A stretch of DNA of 64,000 bases, taken from the NCBI GenBank assembly GCA_963708025.1, contig CAVPSB010000018.1, forward strand, positions 320,001 through 384,000. Reading direction: 5' to 3'. A program made the position numbers and the translations under genes. Source of the DNA: an uncultured Candidatus Rokubacteria bacterium (GTDB lineage Bacteria > Methylomirabilota > Methylomirabilia > Rokubacteriales > DASRDR01). This document shows positions 1 to 9,248 of this stretch, in pieces (position 1 is the first letter of the stretch; each line of letters starts with the position of its first letter). Below the pieces are notes generated by a model, which saw nothing but the letters and a program-made list of their open reading frames with translations, made no database searches and was not told where the DNA came from.

Positions 1-162
1 ATCGAGCCGCCGCTCTTCCGCCGGCGCGCCGAGTGGTTCCGGCAGACGCGCGCCTTCACCGTCGACAAGGCGCGCCGGGAGCTCGGCTTCGAGCCGCGGG
101 TGCCGCTCGACGAGGGTCTGGCCCGGACCGCCGCCTGGTACAAGGAGCACCGCTACCTGTGA
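1..162 (+). CDS. C-terminal fragment of an NAD-dependent epimerase/dehydratase (5'-truncated by window)
   Basis: Hand translation of frame 1: IEPPLFRRRAEWFRQTRAFTVDKARRELGFEPRVPLDEGLARTAAWYKEHRYL*, a typical extended-SDR C-terminus. Confidence 0.75.
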   Translation: MEPPLFRRRAEWFRQTRAFTVDKARRELGFEPRVPLDEGLARTAAWYKEHRYL

Positions 163-177
163 GGAGCCCGTAGCCCC

Positions 178-2061
178 ATGTGCGGGATCGCCGGCGTCGT
201 CGAGTACCGGGAGGGATACCAGACCCCCGGGCACGTGCTCGAGGCCATGGGGAAGATCATCGAGCACCGGGGCCCGGACCAGGGCAGCACCTTCCAGGAC
301 GGACCGGTCGGCCTGGTCGGGCGCCGGCTCAAGATCATCGACCTCTCGCCGGCCGGGTCCCAGCCGGTGCCCAACGAGGACGGCTCGATCCAGCTCGTCT
401 ACAACGGCGAGATGTTCAACCACGCGCCGCTCCGCCGGGAGCTGGAGGTGCTCGGTCACCGGTTCCGCGGCCGGTGTGACAGCGAGGTCGTGGTCCACGC
501 CTACGAGGCGTGGGGTCCGCGCTGCGTCGAGCGCTTCCGCGGCTTCTTCGCCTTCGCGCTCTGGGACGGCGGGCGCCGCCAGCTCCTCCTGGCCCGCGAC
601 CGCATCGGGATCAAGCCCCTCTACTACGTCGAGCGCCCCGAGCGCTTTCTCTTCGGCTCCGAGATCAAGGCGATCCTCGAGCACCCCGACGTCCCGCGCG
701 AGGTGGACGTCCAGTCGCTGTACCACTACATGGGCTACGAGTTCGTGCCCGGCCCCGCCACGATGTTTCGCGGGATCCGGAAGCTGCCGCCGGGCTCGAT
801 CCTCCTCCTGAAGGACGGCCAGGTCGAGATCCAGCCCTACTGGGAGCTGCGCTTCGCCGACTCGCCGCACGACGCCGCCACCCTGGAGCGGCGGGTCCGC
901 GACGCCTGCCGGGACGCGGTCCACGCCTGGATGATGTCGGACGTCCCCGAGGGGGTCTTCCTCTCCGGCGGGCTGGACTCCACGGCGGTCCTCGCCTTCG
1001 CCCGCGAGGCGACCTCGGGGCCGCTCCCGACCTTCACGCTCGGCTACGACGACCCCTCGTTCAGCGAGTGGGAGTACGCGCGGGAGGCGGCCCGCTACTA
1101 CGGGACCGAGCACCGGGAGATCAAGATCCCGCCGATCACCCCGGCAACCATCGAGGAGGCCGTGTGGCACCTCGACGAGCCGATGACCGACCTCTCGGCG
1201 GTGCCGCTCTTCCTGCTCTGCCGGGAGGCGCGCCGGGACGTGACGGTCTGCCTGTCGGGGGAGGGCGGGGACGAGGTCTTCATCGGCTACGACCGCTTCA
1301 TCGCCTCCAAGGCCGAGAGCTTCTACCGGCTCCTCCCCGGGTGGCTGCGGCGCGGCGTGATCGAGCCGCTGGCCGGCGGCCTCCGCGATCACGAGCGGAA
1401 GAAGGGGCTCCGGGTCGTGCTGCGGCGCTTCATCGAGGGAGCCCGGCTCGATCCCGAGGGTGGCCACATGCGCTGGCAGTACTTCGGCTCGCCGGCCATC
1501 GAGGCGCAGATCTTCAGCGGCGCGGTCCTCCGGTCGGTGGACCGGGACCGCTTCGCGCCCATCCGGCGGGCGCTCGAGCGCTGCGATTCGACGCGCCGCC
1601 TCGACCGGGAGATCTTCGTGGATACCCGGTTCACGATGCCGGACTCCGTGCTGATGAAAGTCGACAAGATGTCGATGGCGCACGCGCTGGAGATCCGGGT
1701 GCCGCTCCTGGACCACCACCTGGTGGAGCTGGCCGCCACCATCCCCGAATCCCTGAAGTTCCCGGGCTTCCGGACCCGCGCGATCTACCGCCGCGCGCTC
1801 CGGGGCGTCCTGCCGCCTCGCATCCTGACCCGGGGCAAGCAGGGCTACAGCCTGCCGCTCAAGCAGTGGCTGCGCCACGAGCTGAAGGACTACACGATCC
1901 GGCTCCTCAACGACTCGGAGGCCATCCGCGCCTACTTCGACCGGGACGGGGTGAACTGGATGATCGCCGAGCACCTCTCCCTGCGCGCCAACCACAACCA
2001 CACGCTGTGGGCTCTCATCAATGTGGCGCTGTGGCACCGGCGATTCATCGAAGGAGTGTAG
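178..2061 (+). CDS. asnB: Asparagine synthase (glutamine-hydrolysing)-like amidotransferase, probably glycan amidation
   Basis: MCGIAG N-terminus, HRGPD, YNGE, RDRIGIKPLYY, LSGGLDS, SGEGGDE, KVDKMSMAHALEIRVP. Confidence 0.95.
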   Translation: MCGIAGVVEYREGYQTPGHVLEAMGKIIEHRGPDQGSTFQDGPVGLVGRRLKIIDLSPAGSQPVPNEDGSIQLVYNGEMFNHAPLRRELEVLGHRFRGRCDSEVVVHAYEAWGPRCVERFRGFFAFALWDGGRRQLLLARDRIGIKPLYYVERPERFLFGSEIKAILEHPDVPREVDVQSLYHYMGYEFVPGPATMFRGIRKLPPGSILLLKDGQVEIQPYWELRFADSPHDAATLERRVRDACRDAVHAWMMSDVPEGVFLSGGLDSTAVLAFAREATSGPLPTFTLGYDDPSFSEWEYAREAARYYGTEHREIKIPPITPATIEEAVWHLDEPMTDLSAVPLFLLCREARRDVTVCLSGEGGDEVFIGYDRFIASKAESFYRLLPGWLRRGVIEPLAGGLRDHERKKGLRVVLRRFIEGARLDPEGGHMRWQYFGSPAIEAQIFSGAVLRSVDRDRFAPIRRALERCDSTRRLDREIFVDTRFTMPDSVLMKVDKMSMAHALEIRVPLLDHHLVELAATIPESLKFPGFRTRAIYRRALRGVLPPRILTRGKQGYSLPLKQWLRHELKDYTIRLLNDSEAIRAYFDRDGVNWMIAEHLSLRANHNHTLWALINVALWHRRFIEGV

Positions 2062-2097
2062 TGCCGGCGGCAACGCCGTGATCCGACGAGGTGTAGG

Positions 2098-3810
2098 CTG
2101 AGGCCAGGGCGCGGGTCGTTCTTCCTCCGGGTCGCCGTCAGCGTCGGGCTGCTCGTCCTCCTCTTCGCCTTCGTCGACCGCGCGGAGCTGGCCCGGCGGC
2201 TCGCCTCCGCCGACGCCGGGTACCTGCTGGCGGTGATCGCCGTCGTCACCGCCGACCGCCTGCTGATGGCCTGGAAGTGGTGGCTCCTGCTCCGGGGCCG
2301 GGACGCGGCGGTCAGCCTGTGGGCGGCGATCCGCGCGTACTACCTGGCGTCGTTCGCGGGCTGGTTCCTGCCGATGACGGTGGGGGCCGACGCCGTCCGG
2401 ATCGCGGCCCTGGCCGGCCAGGGCCGCACCACGGGCCTGGTGGCCTCGGTCGTCCTGGAGCGGGCGGTCGGGGCCCTGGCCCAGGCGGTGCTCGCCACCA
2501 TCTCGGTCGGCTTCCTGATCGCGCTCGGCCTGGGCGCCCAGGTCGGCCCCGGCGAGCGCTGGGCGGGGGCCGCCGCGCTGGCCGCGGCCTTCGCCGCCTT
2601 TCCCTTCTCGTTTCGCGCGGCGCGCTGGGTCGCGGCCCGGGTCGGGCCCGGGACCGGCTGGCGGGCCAAGCTCGGCGCGCTGGCCGCCGCCTACGCGAGC
2701 TACGGCGGCTCGGCCGGACTCGTGCTGGCCTTCTTCGGGCTCACGCTCCTCGAAGGCTGCCTCCCCGTCGTCTACCACTACTTCGCCGGCCGGGCCCTCG
2801 GACTCGATCCCGGCTGGAGCTTCTACATCGCCACCGTGCCGCTGGTCTTCCTGGTCTCCCGGCTGCCGATCAGCCTGGGCGGCCTGGGCGTCCTCGAGCT
2901 GTCGTTCGTCTACCTCGGATCCCTGCTCGGGCTCGGCCGCACGCAGGCCTTCTCGATCGCCGTGCTGTCGGAGGCCCTGGTCCTCGTCTCGCTGATCCCG
3001 GGCGCCATCGCCTACCTCTTCCCGGCCCGCCCCTCGATCCCGGCCCGGTCGGTCGGGGCCGCCGCGGCCGACAACCGGCTCGCCGACATGCAGGGCGCCC
3101 TCTTCGATGACCGCCGCTCGGCGGCGCAGCGCTACATGGACCTCTTCGTCGGCGAGCGCGGCTGGTGGGCCCTCGTCCGGTACGAGCTGGTCATGCTGGG
3201 CGCCTCGTGGGTCCCGGGGGCCCTCGGTCTGCTCCTGCGCCGGCTCTTGTATCCCCGGCTCCTGGGGGCCTGCGGCCGGAACGTCTCCTTCGGCGCCAAC
3301 GTGACCCTGCGCCACCCGCGGAAGATCCGGATCGCCGCCGACGTCGCGATCGACGACGGCTGCGTCCTGGACGCGAAGGGGACCGCCAACGACGGCATCC
3401 GGATCGGCCAGCGCGTGTTCCTGGGACGGAACACGATCCTGGCCTGCAAGGACGGCGACATCGTGCTCGAGGACGGGGTGAACATCTCGTACCAGTGCGC
3501 GGTGTTCTCGGCGTCCTCGGTCCGGATCGGGGCCGACACGCTGCTGGCCGCCTACTGCTACGTGGTGGGGGGCGGACATGAGTTCGAGCGCACCGACATC
3601 CCGGTCATCCGCCAGGGCCGCCCGTCCAAGGGGATCGACGTCGGCCACGGCGTCTGGCTGGGCGCCGGCGCCATCCTCCTGGACGGCGTGAGCGTGGGGC
3701 ACGACGCCGTGATCGGCGCCCACGCGGTGGTGACCCAGGACGTGCCGGCGTTCGCCATCGCCGCCGGCGCGCCGGCGCGGGTGGTCCGGGATCGGCGGGA
3801 GTCGGGATGA
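2098..3810 (+). CDS. Lysylphosphatidylglycerol-synthase-TM (flippase-like) domain fused to a hexapeptide-repeat acyltransferase
   Basis: N-terminal TM domain (RVAVSVGLL, FLPMTVGADAVR, SVVLER, LPISLGGLGVLE); C-terminal left-handed beta-helix (VWLGAGAILLDGVSVGHDAVIGAHAVV, GAPARVVR). The frame is open upstream of the listed 2233 start; the true start (CTG 2098?) is uncertain. Confidence 0.8.
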   Translation: MRPGRGSFFLRVAVSVGLLVLLFAFVDRAELARRLASADAGYLLAVIAVVTADRLLMAWKWWLLLRGRDAAVSLWAAIRAYYLASFAGWFLPMTVGADAVRIAALAGQGRTTGLVASVVLERAVGALAQAVLATISVGFLIALGLGAQVGPGERWAGAAALAAAFAAFPFSFRAARWVAARVGPGTGWRAKLGALAAAYASYGGSAGLVLAFFGLTLLEGCLPVVYHYFAGRALGLDPGWSFYIATVPLVFLVSRLPISLGGLGVLELSFVYLGSLLGLGRTQAFSIAVLSEALVLVSLIPGAIAYLFPARPSIPARSVGAAAADNRLADMQGALFDDRRSAAQRYMDLFVGERGWWALVRYELVMLGASWVPGALGLLLRRLLYPRLLGACGRNVSFGANVTLRHPRKIRIAADVAIDDGCVLDAKGTANDGIRIGQRVFLGRNTILACKDGDIVLEDGVNISYQCAVFSASSVRIGADTLLAAYCYVVGGGHEFERTDIPVIRQGRPSKGIDVGHGVWLGAGAILLDGVSVGHDAVIGAHAVVTQDVPAFAIAAGAPARVVRDRRESG

Positions 3811-4901
3811 CGGGGTCGCGCGGCGGGGCCTCGGTCACCCTGCGCGCTCCGCCCCCGGGGGAGCGGGAGCGGAGGGTGGCCGTGGAAGCGGGGGAGACGG
3901 GGGCCGGCCGCACGTGGCTCCAGTGGCTGGTGGCGCTGGGGGTGTCCGGGGGCATCCTCGCGTTCCTGTTCCTGTGGCAGGGCGCCGATCCCCGGCGGCT
4001 CGGCCCGCTGGTCGCCGCCATCTCGCTGCCGGGCGTGCTGGCTTTCTTGGTGATTAGCGTCGCGGCGCTCGTCCTCCGCACGCTCCGCTACTGGGTCCTC
4101 CTCGGTGGCCGGGCGCCCGTCTGGCCGCTCCTGCTCGTCACGCTGGTCCGCAACCTCTTCGTGGACCTGGTCCCGGCCCGGGCGGGCGCCGCCGCCAGCT
4201 ACATCTACCTGGTGACGGCGCGGCTCGGCCTGCCCCCCGAGGCCGCCATCGCCTCCTTCGCGCTCTCGTTCGTCCTGGACACGCTCGCGCTGGCGCCCCT
4301 GCTGCTCGCCGCCGTCCTCCTGGTCGGGGCGAGCCCGCTGCCGCCCGTGCTGTTGATCGGCGGGAGTCTTCTGCTCCTCGTCGGCGCCGGGGCGGCGCTG
4401 CTCCTGCTCGCCCCCGGCCTCCGCGTGGCGGCCGCGCTCGCCGGCCGGGTGCCGGGGCTCCTCGGCCGGGCGGGGGCGCCGCTCGCCCGGGCGGCCGACG
4501 AGGTCCGTGGCCTCGACGTCCGCCGGGTGCTGCTGCCGGCCCTGGGGCTGTCACTGCTCCTCCGCCTGGCCAAGTACGGCGCCTACTACTGTCTCCTGCA
4601 AGCGCTCCTGGTGGGGCAGGGGCAGGCGTGGTGGAGCCTCGACTTCCTGCGGGTGTTCCTCAGCATCGCGGGCGCCGAGCTGGCGGCCTCGCTCCCGCTC
4701 CCCACGATCGCGAGCCTGGGCCCCTACGAGGCGGCCGGGGCGACCGGCTTCGCCTACTGGCTCGGCCTGCCGCGCGAGCTGGCGACGCTGGCGGTGACGG
4801 CGTTTCACGGCCTGTCCCAGATCCACGACTACGGTCTGGGCCTCCTGGCGCTCGTGTGGATCACGGCGCCGTGGGTCGGGCGGCGGGGACGGCGCCCGTG
4901 A
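3807..4901 (+). CDS. Lysylphosphatidylglycerol-synthase-TM / flippase-like membrane protein
   Basis: Multi-TM; LRTLRYWVLL, NLFVDLVPARAG, LPLPTIASLGPYEA motifs; ATGA overlap with upstream gene. Confidence 0.75.
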   Translation: MTGSRGGASVTLRAPPPGERERRVAVEAGETGAGRTWLQWLVALGVSGGILAFLFLWQGADPRRLGPLVAAISLPGVLAFLVISVAALVLRTLRYWVLLGGRAPVWPLLLVTLVRNLFVDLVPARAGAAASYIYLVTARLGLPPEAAIASFALSFVLDTLALAPLLLAAVLLVGASPLPPVLLIGGSLLLLVGAGAALLLLAPGLRVAAALAGRVPGLLGRAGAPLARAADEVRGLDVRRVLLPALGLSLLLRLAKYGAYYCLLQALLVGQGQAWWSLDFLRVFLSIAGAELAASLPLPTIASLGPYEAAGATGFAYWLGLPRELATLAVTAFHGLSQIHDYGLGLLALVWITAPWVGRRGRRP

Positions 4902-5008
4902 GGGCGCGGGAACGTGTTGAGCCCGCGGTAGAATGACGGAGGCACGCGCGGGTGACCCGGACGGGTGGCCGCCTTCGCGCGCCGGAGTCGATTCGCAGGG
5001 TGGTGTGG

Positions 5009-6121
5009 ATGATGGTTCGTCGGACGATCCTCGTGGTTCTCGCCGCGCTCGTGCTGGGCTCCGGCGTCGTGGCGGCGCTGCCGCGGGTGGCCGGCGAGCT
5101 GCCCAAGCCCTGGAGCGACGTGGCCCGGCTGCCGGAGCGGGCCTGGGCGCGGATCTTCCCGCCGCGGGTGCCGAAGAAGGCCCGGCTGGCCGGGCTCGCC
5201 GGCCCCGAGCAGGAGGCGGTGCGGGAGCTGGGCCGTCGTCTCGACGGGATGCTCGTCTGGTCCTCCAACCGGAGCGGCCACCACCAGCTCTACCTGGTCG
5301 ATCTGCGGGAGCAGTCGGTGCGCCAGCTCACCAGCAGTCCGAACGTCAACTTCCTCTCGCGCTTCTCCCCGGACGGCCGCCAGGTCGTGTTCCTGCGGAG
5401 CCAGCAGGAGTACGTGACCTTCCGCGATCCGACGCGATGGGACGTCTTCCTGGTCAACGTGGACGGCACCGGGGAGCGCCGGATCGCCCGCGGTGGGTAC
5501 CACCCGACCTGGACCAGGGACGGCTTGGCGGTGATCTTCGAGCGCCAGGGCCGGATCGTCCGTTACGATCTCGCGGCCCGGCAGGAGACGGTCGCCCTCG
5601 ACGGCCCGACCGAGTTTCCGGGTGGCGAGCTGGGGGACGTCGAGCTGGCCCCCGACGGCCGCCGGTGGGCGTTCGGCCTCCGCGGCACCTTCGCCGGCGT
5701 GTTCGGCCTCCAGGGGCCGTACTCCGGCGCCGTCGTCTTCGACCCGCAGGCCCGGACGCTCGCCTCGCTCACCCGGGAGCAGGCCTGCCAGACGACGTGG
5801 GCGCCCGACGGGCAGCGCGTGCTCTGGATGGAGCCCGGCGGCAACGGCGGCACCCGGATCATGAGCGGCCGGCCCGACGGGAGCGGCCGAGGGGTGTTCA
5901 TGGACCTGCCGGGGGCGTACAGTCACGAGTACTTCCCGAAGCTCGCCAACGACGGGCGCTGGCTCGTCTGGGGCGCCTCGGCCGAGGGGCACGAGCACGA
6001 TCGCGCCGACTACGAGATCTTCGTCTGGGAGGTGGGCGCGCCGGTCGAGCAGGCGGTGCGCCTGACGCACCACGAGGGGAACGATCAGTGGCCCGACCTC
6101 TGGGTCCGGCCGGGAGGCTGA
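5009..6121 (+). CDS. TolB-like beta-propeller (PD40 repeats) with N-terminal signal/anchor
   Basis: VWSSNRSGHHQLYLVDL, SRFSPDGRQVVF, WAPDGQRVLW, RLTHHEGNDQWPD; hydrophobic N-terminus; alternative start 4952. Confidence 0.8.
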   Translation: MMVRRTILVVLAALVLGSGVVAALPRVAGELPKPWSDVARLPERAWARIFPPRVPKKARLAGLAGPEQEAVRELGRRLDGMLVWSSNRSGHHQLYLVDLREQSVRQLTSSPNVNFLSRFSPDGRQVVFLRSQQEYVTFRDPTRWDVFLVNVDGTGERRIARGGYHPTWTRDGLAVIFERQGRIVRYDLAARQETVALDGPTEFPGGELGDVELAPDGRRWAFGLRGTFAGVFGLQGPYSGAVVFDPQARTLASLTREQACQTTWAPDGQRVLWMEPGGNGGTRIMSGRPDGSGRGVFMDLPGAYSHEYFPKLANDGRWLVWGASAEGHEHDRADYEIFVWEVGAPVEQAVRLTHHEGNDQWPDLWVRPGG

Positions 6122-6169
6122 GCTCGGAGCGAACGATGGATCGCCGGGCAGCGGCAGACGCGCTTTTCC

Positions 6170-6310
6170 GGCCCCCCCCTCCCCCAGTGCCCTCCGAGGG
6201 ACGGGACGTCGCGAGGGCCGTAGGCCCGAGCCGTCCGGGATCCGGTCAGACGGGAGGGGGGCCAAAGGCCGAAGGCCGTCGAAGGATCGGGTGGGTGGGA
6301 GGTCCCAAAC
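6170..6310. repeat. Composite palindromic repeat (gggccGTAggccc module 6196-6239; ccaaaggccGAAggccgtc module 6262-6280)
   Basis: Modules recur at 36603-36645 and at six other sites. Confidence 0.8.
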
Positions 6311-6315
6311 TAACC

Positions 6316-7254
6316 ATGGCGGACTCCGAGCTGGCACCGACCGCGGTCCCCGGCGTGACGGTGCCGGTCGGGACCTGGGTCGATTACCTCCGCCCGCTCC
6401 GCTTCGACCACTGGATCAAGAACGCCGTGGTGCCGGTGGGAAGCGTCCTGGCCCTGGCGGCCCACCGGAGCGCCCTCGACCTCGAGCTGCTCGTCAACAT
6501 CGCGCTGGCCTTCGTCATCTCCGGCGGGGTGTCCTCGGTCAACTACGCGATCAACGAGGTCCTCGACGCCCCGTTCGACACGCGGCACCCCGTCAAGCGC
6601 GACCGGCCGATCCCGTCCGGGCGGGTCCGGGTGGCGCCGCTGCTCGTGCTGACCGCGGTGCTCGGGCTTGTCACCTTCGGCGTCGCGGCGTGGCTCTTCG
6701 ACGGGCCGTTCGTCCTGGCGACGGTCGCGCTCTTCGTCGCCGGCCTCCTCTACAACCTCCCGCCGGTACGGCTCAAGGACTGGCCGTACCTGGACGCGGT
6801 GGTGGAGTCGCTGACGAACCCCATCCGCGTCGCCATCGGTTGGTACGCCGTCGCCTCGGTCCAGCTCCCGCCGCCAACCTTCCTGCTCGTCGCGGTGTGG
6901 GCGTTCGGGGCCTTCCTCATGACCGGGAAGCGCCTGGCCGAGCTGCGGCTCCTTGGCGAGACGGCGGCGCGGTACCGGCCGACCTTTGGCGCCTACTCGG
7001 TCCGGACGCTGCTCGTGATTCAGCTCGCCTACGCCGCGATGGGGCTCCTGGGGCTGGCCGCCCTGTTCGCCACCCAGCGCCCCCAGCTCCTGGGTGCCCT
7101 TCCGCTCATCGCGGTCGTGGTCGCGTGGGCCTTCAAGATGACCTTCGAGCGGGAGAGCCCGCTGATCGACCCCGAGCACCTCTATCGCCGGCCGTTCTTC
7201 CTGCTGGTCACGCTCGGGGTGTTCGCGGCCACCGTGGCGTGGGCCCTCGCGTGA
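6316..7254 (+). CDS. UbiA-family prenyltransferase, decaprenyl-phosphate phosphoribosyltransferase-like
   Basis: LRPLRFDHWIKN, SSVNYAINEVLDAPFDTRHPVKRDRPIPSG, GKRLAEL; ATG at 6316 inside the longer 4933..7254 ORF. Confidence 0.8.
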   Translation: MADSELAPTAVPGVTVPVGTWVDYLRPLRFDHWIKNAVVPVGSVLALAAHRSALDLELLVNIALAFVISGGVSSVNYAINEVLDAPFDTRHPVKRDRPIPSGRVRVAPLLVLTAVLGLVTFGVAAWLFDGPFVLATVALFVAGLLYNLPPVRLKDWPYLDAVVESLTNPIRVAIGWYAVASVQLPPPTFLLVAVWAFGAFLMTGKRLAELRLLGETAARYRPTFGAYSVRTLLVIQLAYAAMGLLGLAALFATQRPQLLGALPLIAVVVAWAFKMTFERESPLIDPEHLYRRPFFLLVTLGVFAATVAWALA

Positions 7255-9248
7255 CCCGGGACCGGGGCTCGGCGGCGCGCCCGCCCGCGCGGCTGTCCCG
7301 CCTCACGCCGTACGGGGTGGCCGTCGGGGTCACCGCGCTGGCCATCCTGGCCTCGCTCTCGCTCGGCCTGCCGATCGACGCCAACGCGTTTCCACTCCTC
7401 CTGGCGGCGGTCATGGTCAGCGCCTGGTACGGCGGGCTCGGTCCCGGGCTCGTCTCTACCCTCCTGGGCGCCACCACCGGCACACTGGTCTCGCTCCCGC
7501 CCGCGTATACGACGGGTGCGGGACCTGCCAGGGTCGTGCCGCTGGCCGCGTTCCTGCTCGAGGCGGTGGTGATCTGCGGGCTGAGCACGGTGCTCCGGGC
7601 GTCCCAGCGCCGCGCCGAGGCCCTGGCGGTGAGCGAGCAGACGGCCCGGAGCGAGGTGGAGGCGACGGCCCAGCGACTGCGCGACCTGCAGAGCGTCACC
7701 GACGCCGCGCTGGGCTACCTGCACCTCGACGACCTCCTGCGCGAGCTGATCGGGCGGATCCGCGAGGCCCTGGCCGCCGACACCGTGGTCATCCTGCTAC
7801 TGACCGAGGACGGGAAGGAGCTGGCGGTCCGGGCGGCCCACGGCCTGGAGCAGGAGGTGCTGCAGGGGATCCGGATCCCGATGGGGCACGGCATCGCCGG
7901 TCGCATCGCGGCCGGGCGGGAGCCGAAGGTCTTCGAGGACCTCGCCTCCGAGGAGATCGCCAGTCCCGTCCTCCGCGCGAAGGGCCTCCAGGCCCTCCTG
8001 GGCGTTCCGCTGATCGTCGAGGGCCGGGTGATCGGCGTCGTCCACGTCGGCACCCTGCGGCTCCGCCGGTTCGGCGAGGACGAGGTCCGCCTCCTGCGCC
8101 TGGTGGCCGACCGCATCGCCATCGCCATCGACCACGCGCGGCTGTTCGAGGCCGAGCGTCAGGCCCGGGCGGCGGCCGAGACCGCCGAGCGGCGGTTCCG
8201 GCTGCTGGTCGACGGCGTGGCGGACTACGCCCTGTACATGCTGGACGGCGCGGGGCGGGTGGTGAGCTGGAACGCGGGCGCGGAGCGGGTGAAGGGGTAC
8301 CGGGCGGAGGAGATCCTCGGCCGTCACTTCGCGGTCTTCTACCGCCCGGAGGACGTCCGGCGCGGCGTCCCGGAGCACGTCCTGGCCCGGGCCGCCGCCG
8401 AGGGGCGGTACGAGGAGGAGCGCTGGCGGCTCCGCAAGGACGGCTCGCGATTCTGGAGCAGCGTGACGGTGACCGCGGTCCGCGACGCCGAGGGGCTGCT
8501 GATCGGCTTCGCCACCCTGACCCACGATCTCACCGAGCGGCGGCGGGCGGCCGAGATCCGGACGCGGCTGCTCGAGCAGGTGATCTCGGCCCAGGAGTCG
8601 GAGCAGCGGCGGCTCGCCCGGGAGCTGCACGACGAGACCGGGCAGTCGCTCACCTCGCTGCTCGTCGGCCTGCGCGTCCTGGAGGACGCCGCCGTGCTCG
8701 AGGAGGTGCGGAGCCGGGCGGCCGAGCTGCGCCGCCTCACGGCCCAGACGCTCGACGAGGTCCGCCGCCTCGCCCGTGGGCTCCGGCCGACCGTGCTCGA
8801 CGACCTCGGCCTGGTCCCGGCGCTGGAGCACTACGCGGCCGAGTACGGGGAGTCGCACGGGATCGCGGTGGACGTCGAGGCCCGGAGCCTGGACGGCGCG
8901 CGGCTGCCGCCGGCGGTCGAGACCACGCTCTACCGGATCGTCCAGGAGGCCCTCACCAACGTCGCGAAGCACGCCGGGGCCCGCACGGTCAGCATCGTCC
9001 TCCAGCGCCAGCCGACCTGGGTCCAGGCGATCGTCGCCGACGACGGCTGCGGCTTCGACGTGGACCGGGCGATGAAGGCCGAGGCGTCGTGGACGCACCT
9101 GGGGCTCCACGGGATGGGGGAGCGGGCGGCGCTGCTGAACGGGTCGGTGACGATCGAGTCGACACCGGGAGAGGGCACGACCGTGTACGCCCGGCTCCCG
9201 ATCGCGGAGGCGCAGGATGGGACGGATTCGAGTCCTGATCGCGGATGA
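7251..9248 (+). CDS. Sensor histidine kinase (TM/DUF4118-like, GAF, PAS, HisKA_3, HATPase)
   Basis: LARELHDETGQSLTSL H-box, LRPTVLDDLGL, YRIVQEALTNVAKHA, DDGCGFD, GLHGMGER; PAS SWNAGAERVKGY; GTG start overlaps upstream stop. Confidence 0.93.
   Translation: MTRDRGSAARPPARLSRLTPYGVAVGVTALAILASLSLGLPIDANAFPLLLAAVMVSAWYGGLGPGLVSTLLGATTGTLVSLPPAYTTGAGPARVVPLAAFLLEAVVICGLSTVLRASQRRAEALAVSEQTARSEVEATAQRLRDLQSVTDAALGYLHLDDLLRELIGRIREALAADTVVILLLTEDGKELAVRAAHGLEQEVLQGIRIPMGHGIAGRIAAGREPKVFEDLASEEIASPVLRAKGLQALLGVPLIVEGRVIGVVHVGTLRLRRFGEDEVRLLRLVADRIAIAIDHARLFEAERQARAAAETAERRFRLLVDGVADYALYMLDGAGRVVSWNAGAERVKGYRAEEILGRHFAVFYRPEDVRRGVPEHVLARAAAEGRYEEERWRLRKDGSRFWSSVTVTAVRDAEGLLIGFATLTHDLTERRRAAEIRTRLLEQVISAQESEQRRLARELHDETGQSLTSLLVGLRVLEDAAVLEEVRSRAAELRRLTAQTLDEVRRLARGLRPTVLDDLGLVPALEHYAAEYGESHGIAVDVEARSLDGARLPPAVETTLYRIVQEALTNVAKHAGARTVSIVLQRQPTWVQAIVADDGCGFDVDRAMKAEASWTHLGLHGMGERAALLNGSVTIESTPGEGTTVYARLPIAEAQDGTDSSPDRG

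Noticed and set aside
178-2061. Lasso-peptide cyclase interpretation of asnB
   Set aside because: Intact N-terminal Cys glutaminase domain, no precursor or B protein, glycan context
2059-2100. Stop-codon readthrough (pyrrolysine) from asnB into the next in-frame gene
   Set aside because: AsnB ends at its normal C-terminus and no pyl genes are seen; an alternative start or small indel is simpler
4933-7250. N-terminal extensions making 773-aa UbiA and 985-aa kinase fusions
   Set aside because: The extensions are off-frame readings of neighbouring genes; real starts fit 6316 and 7251
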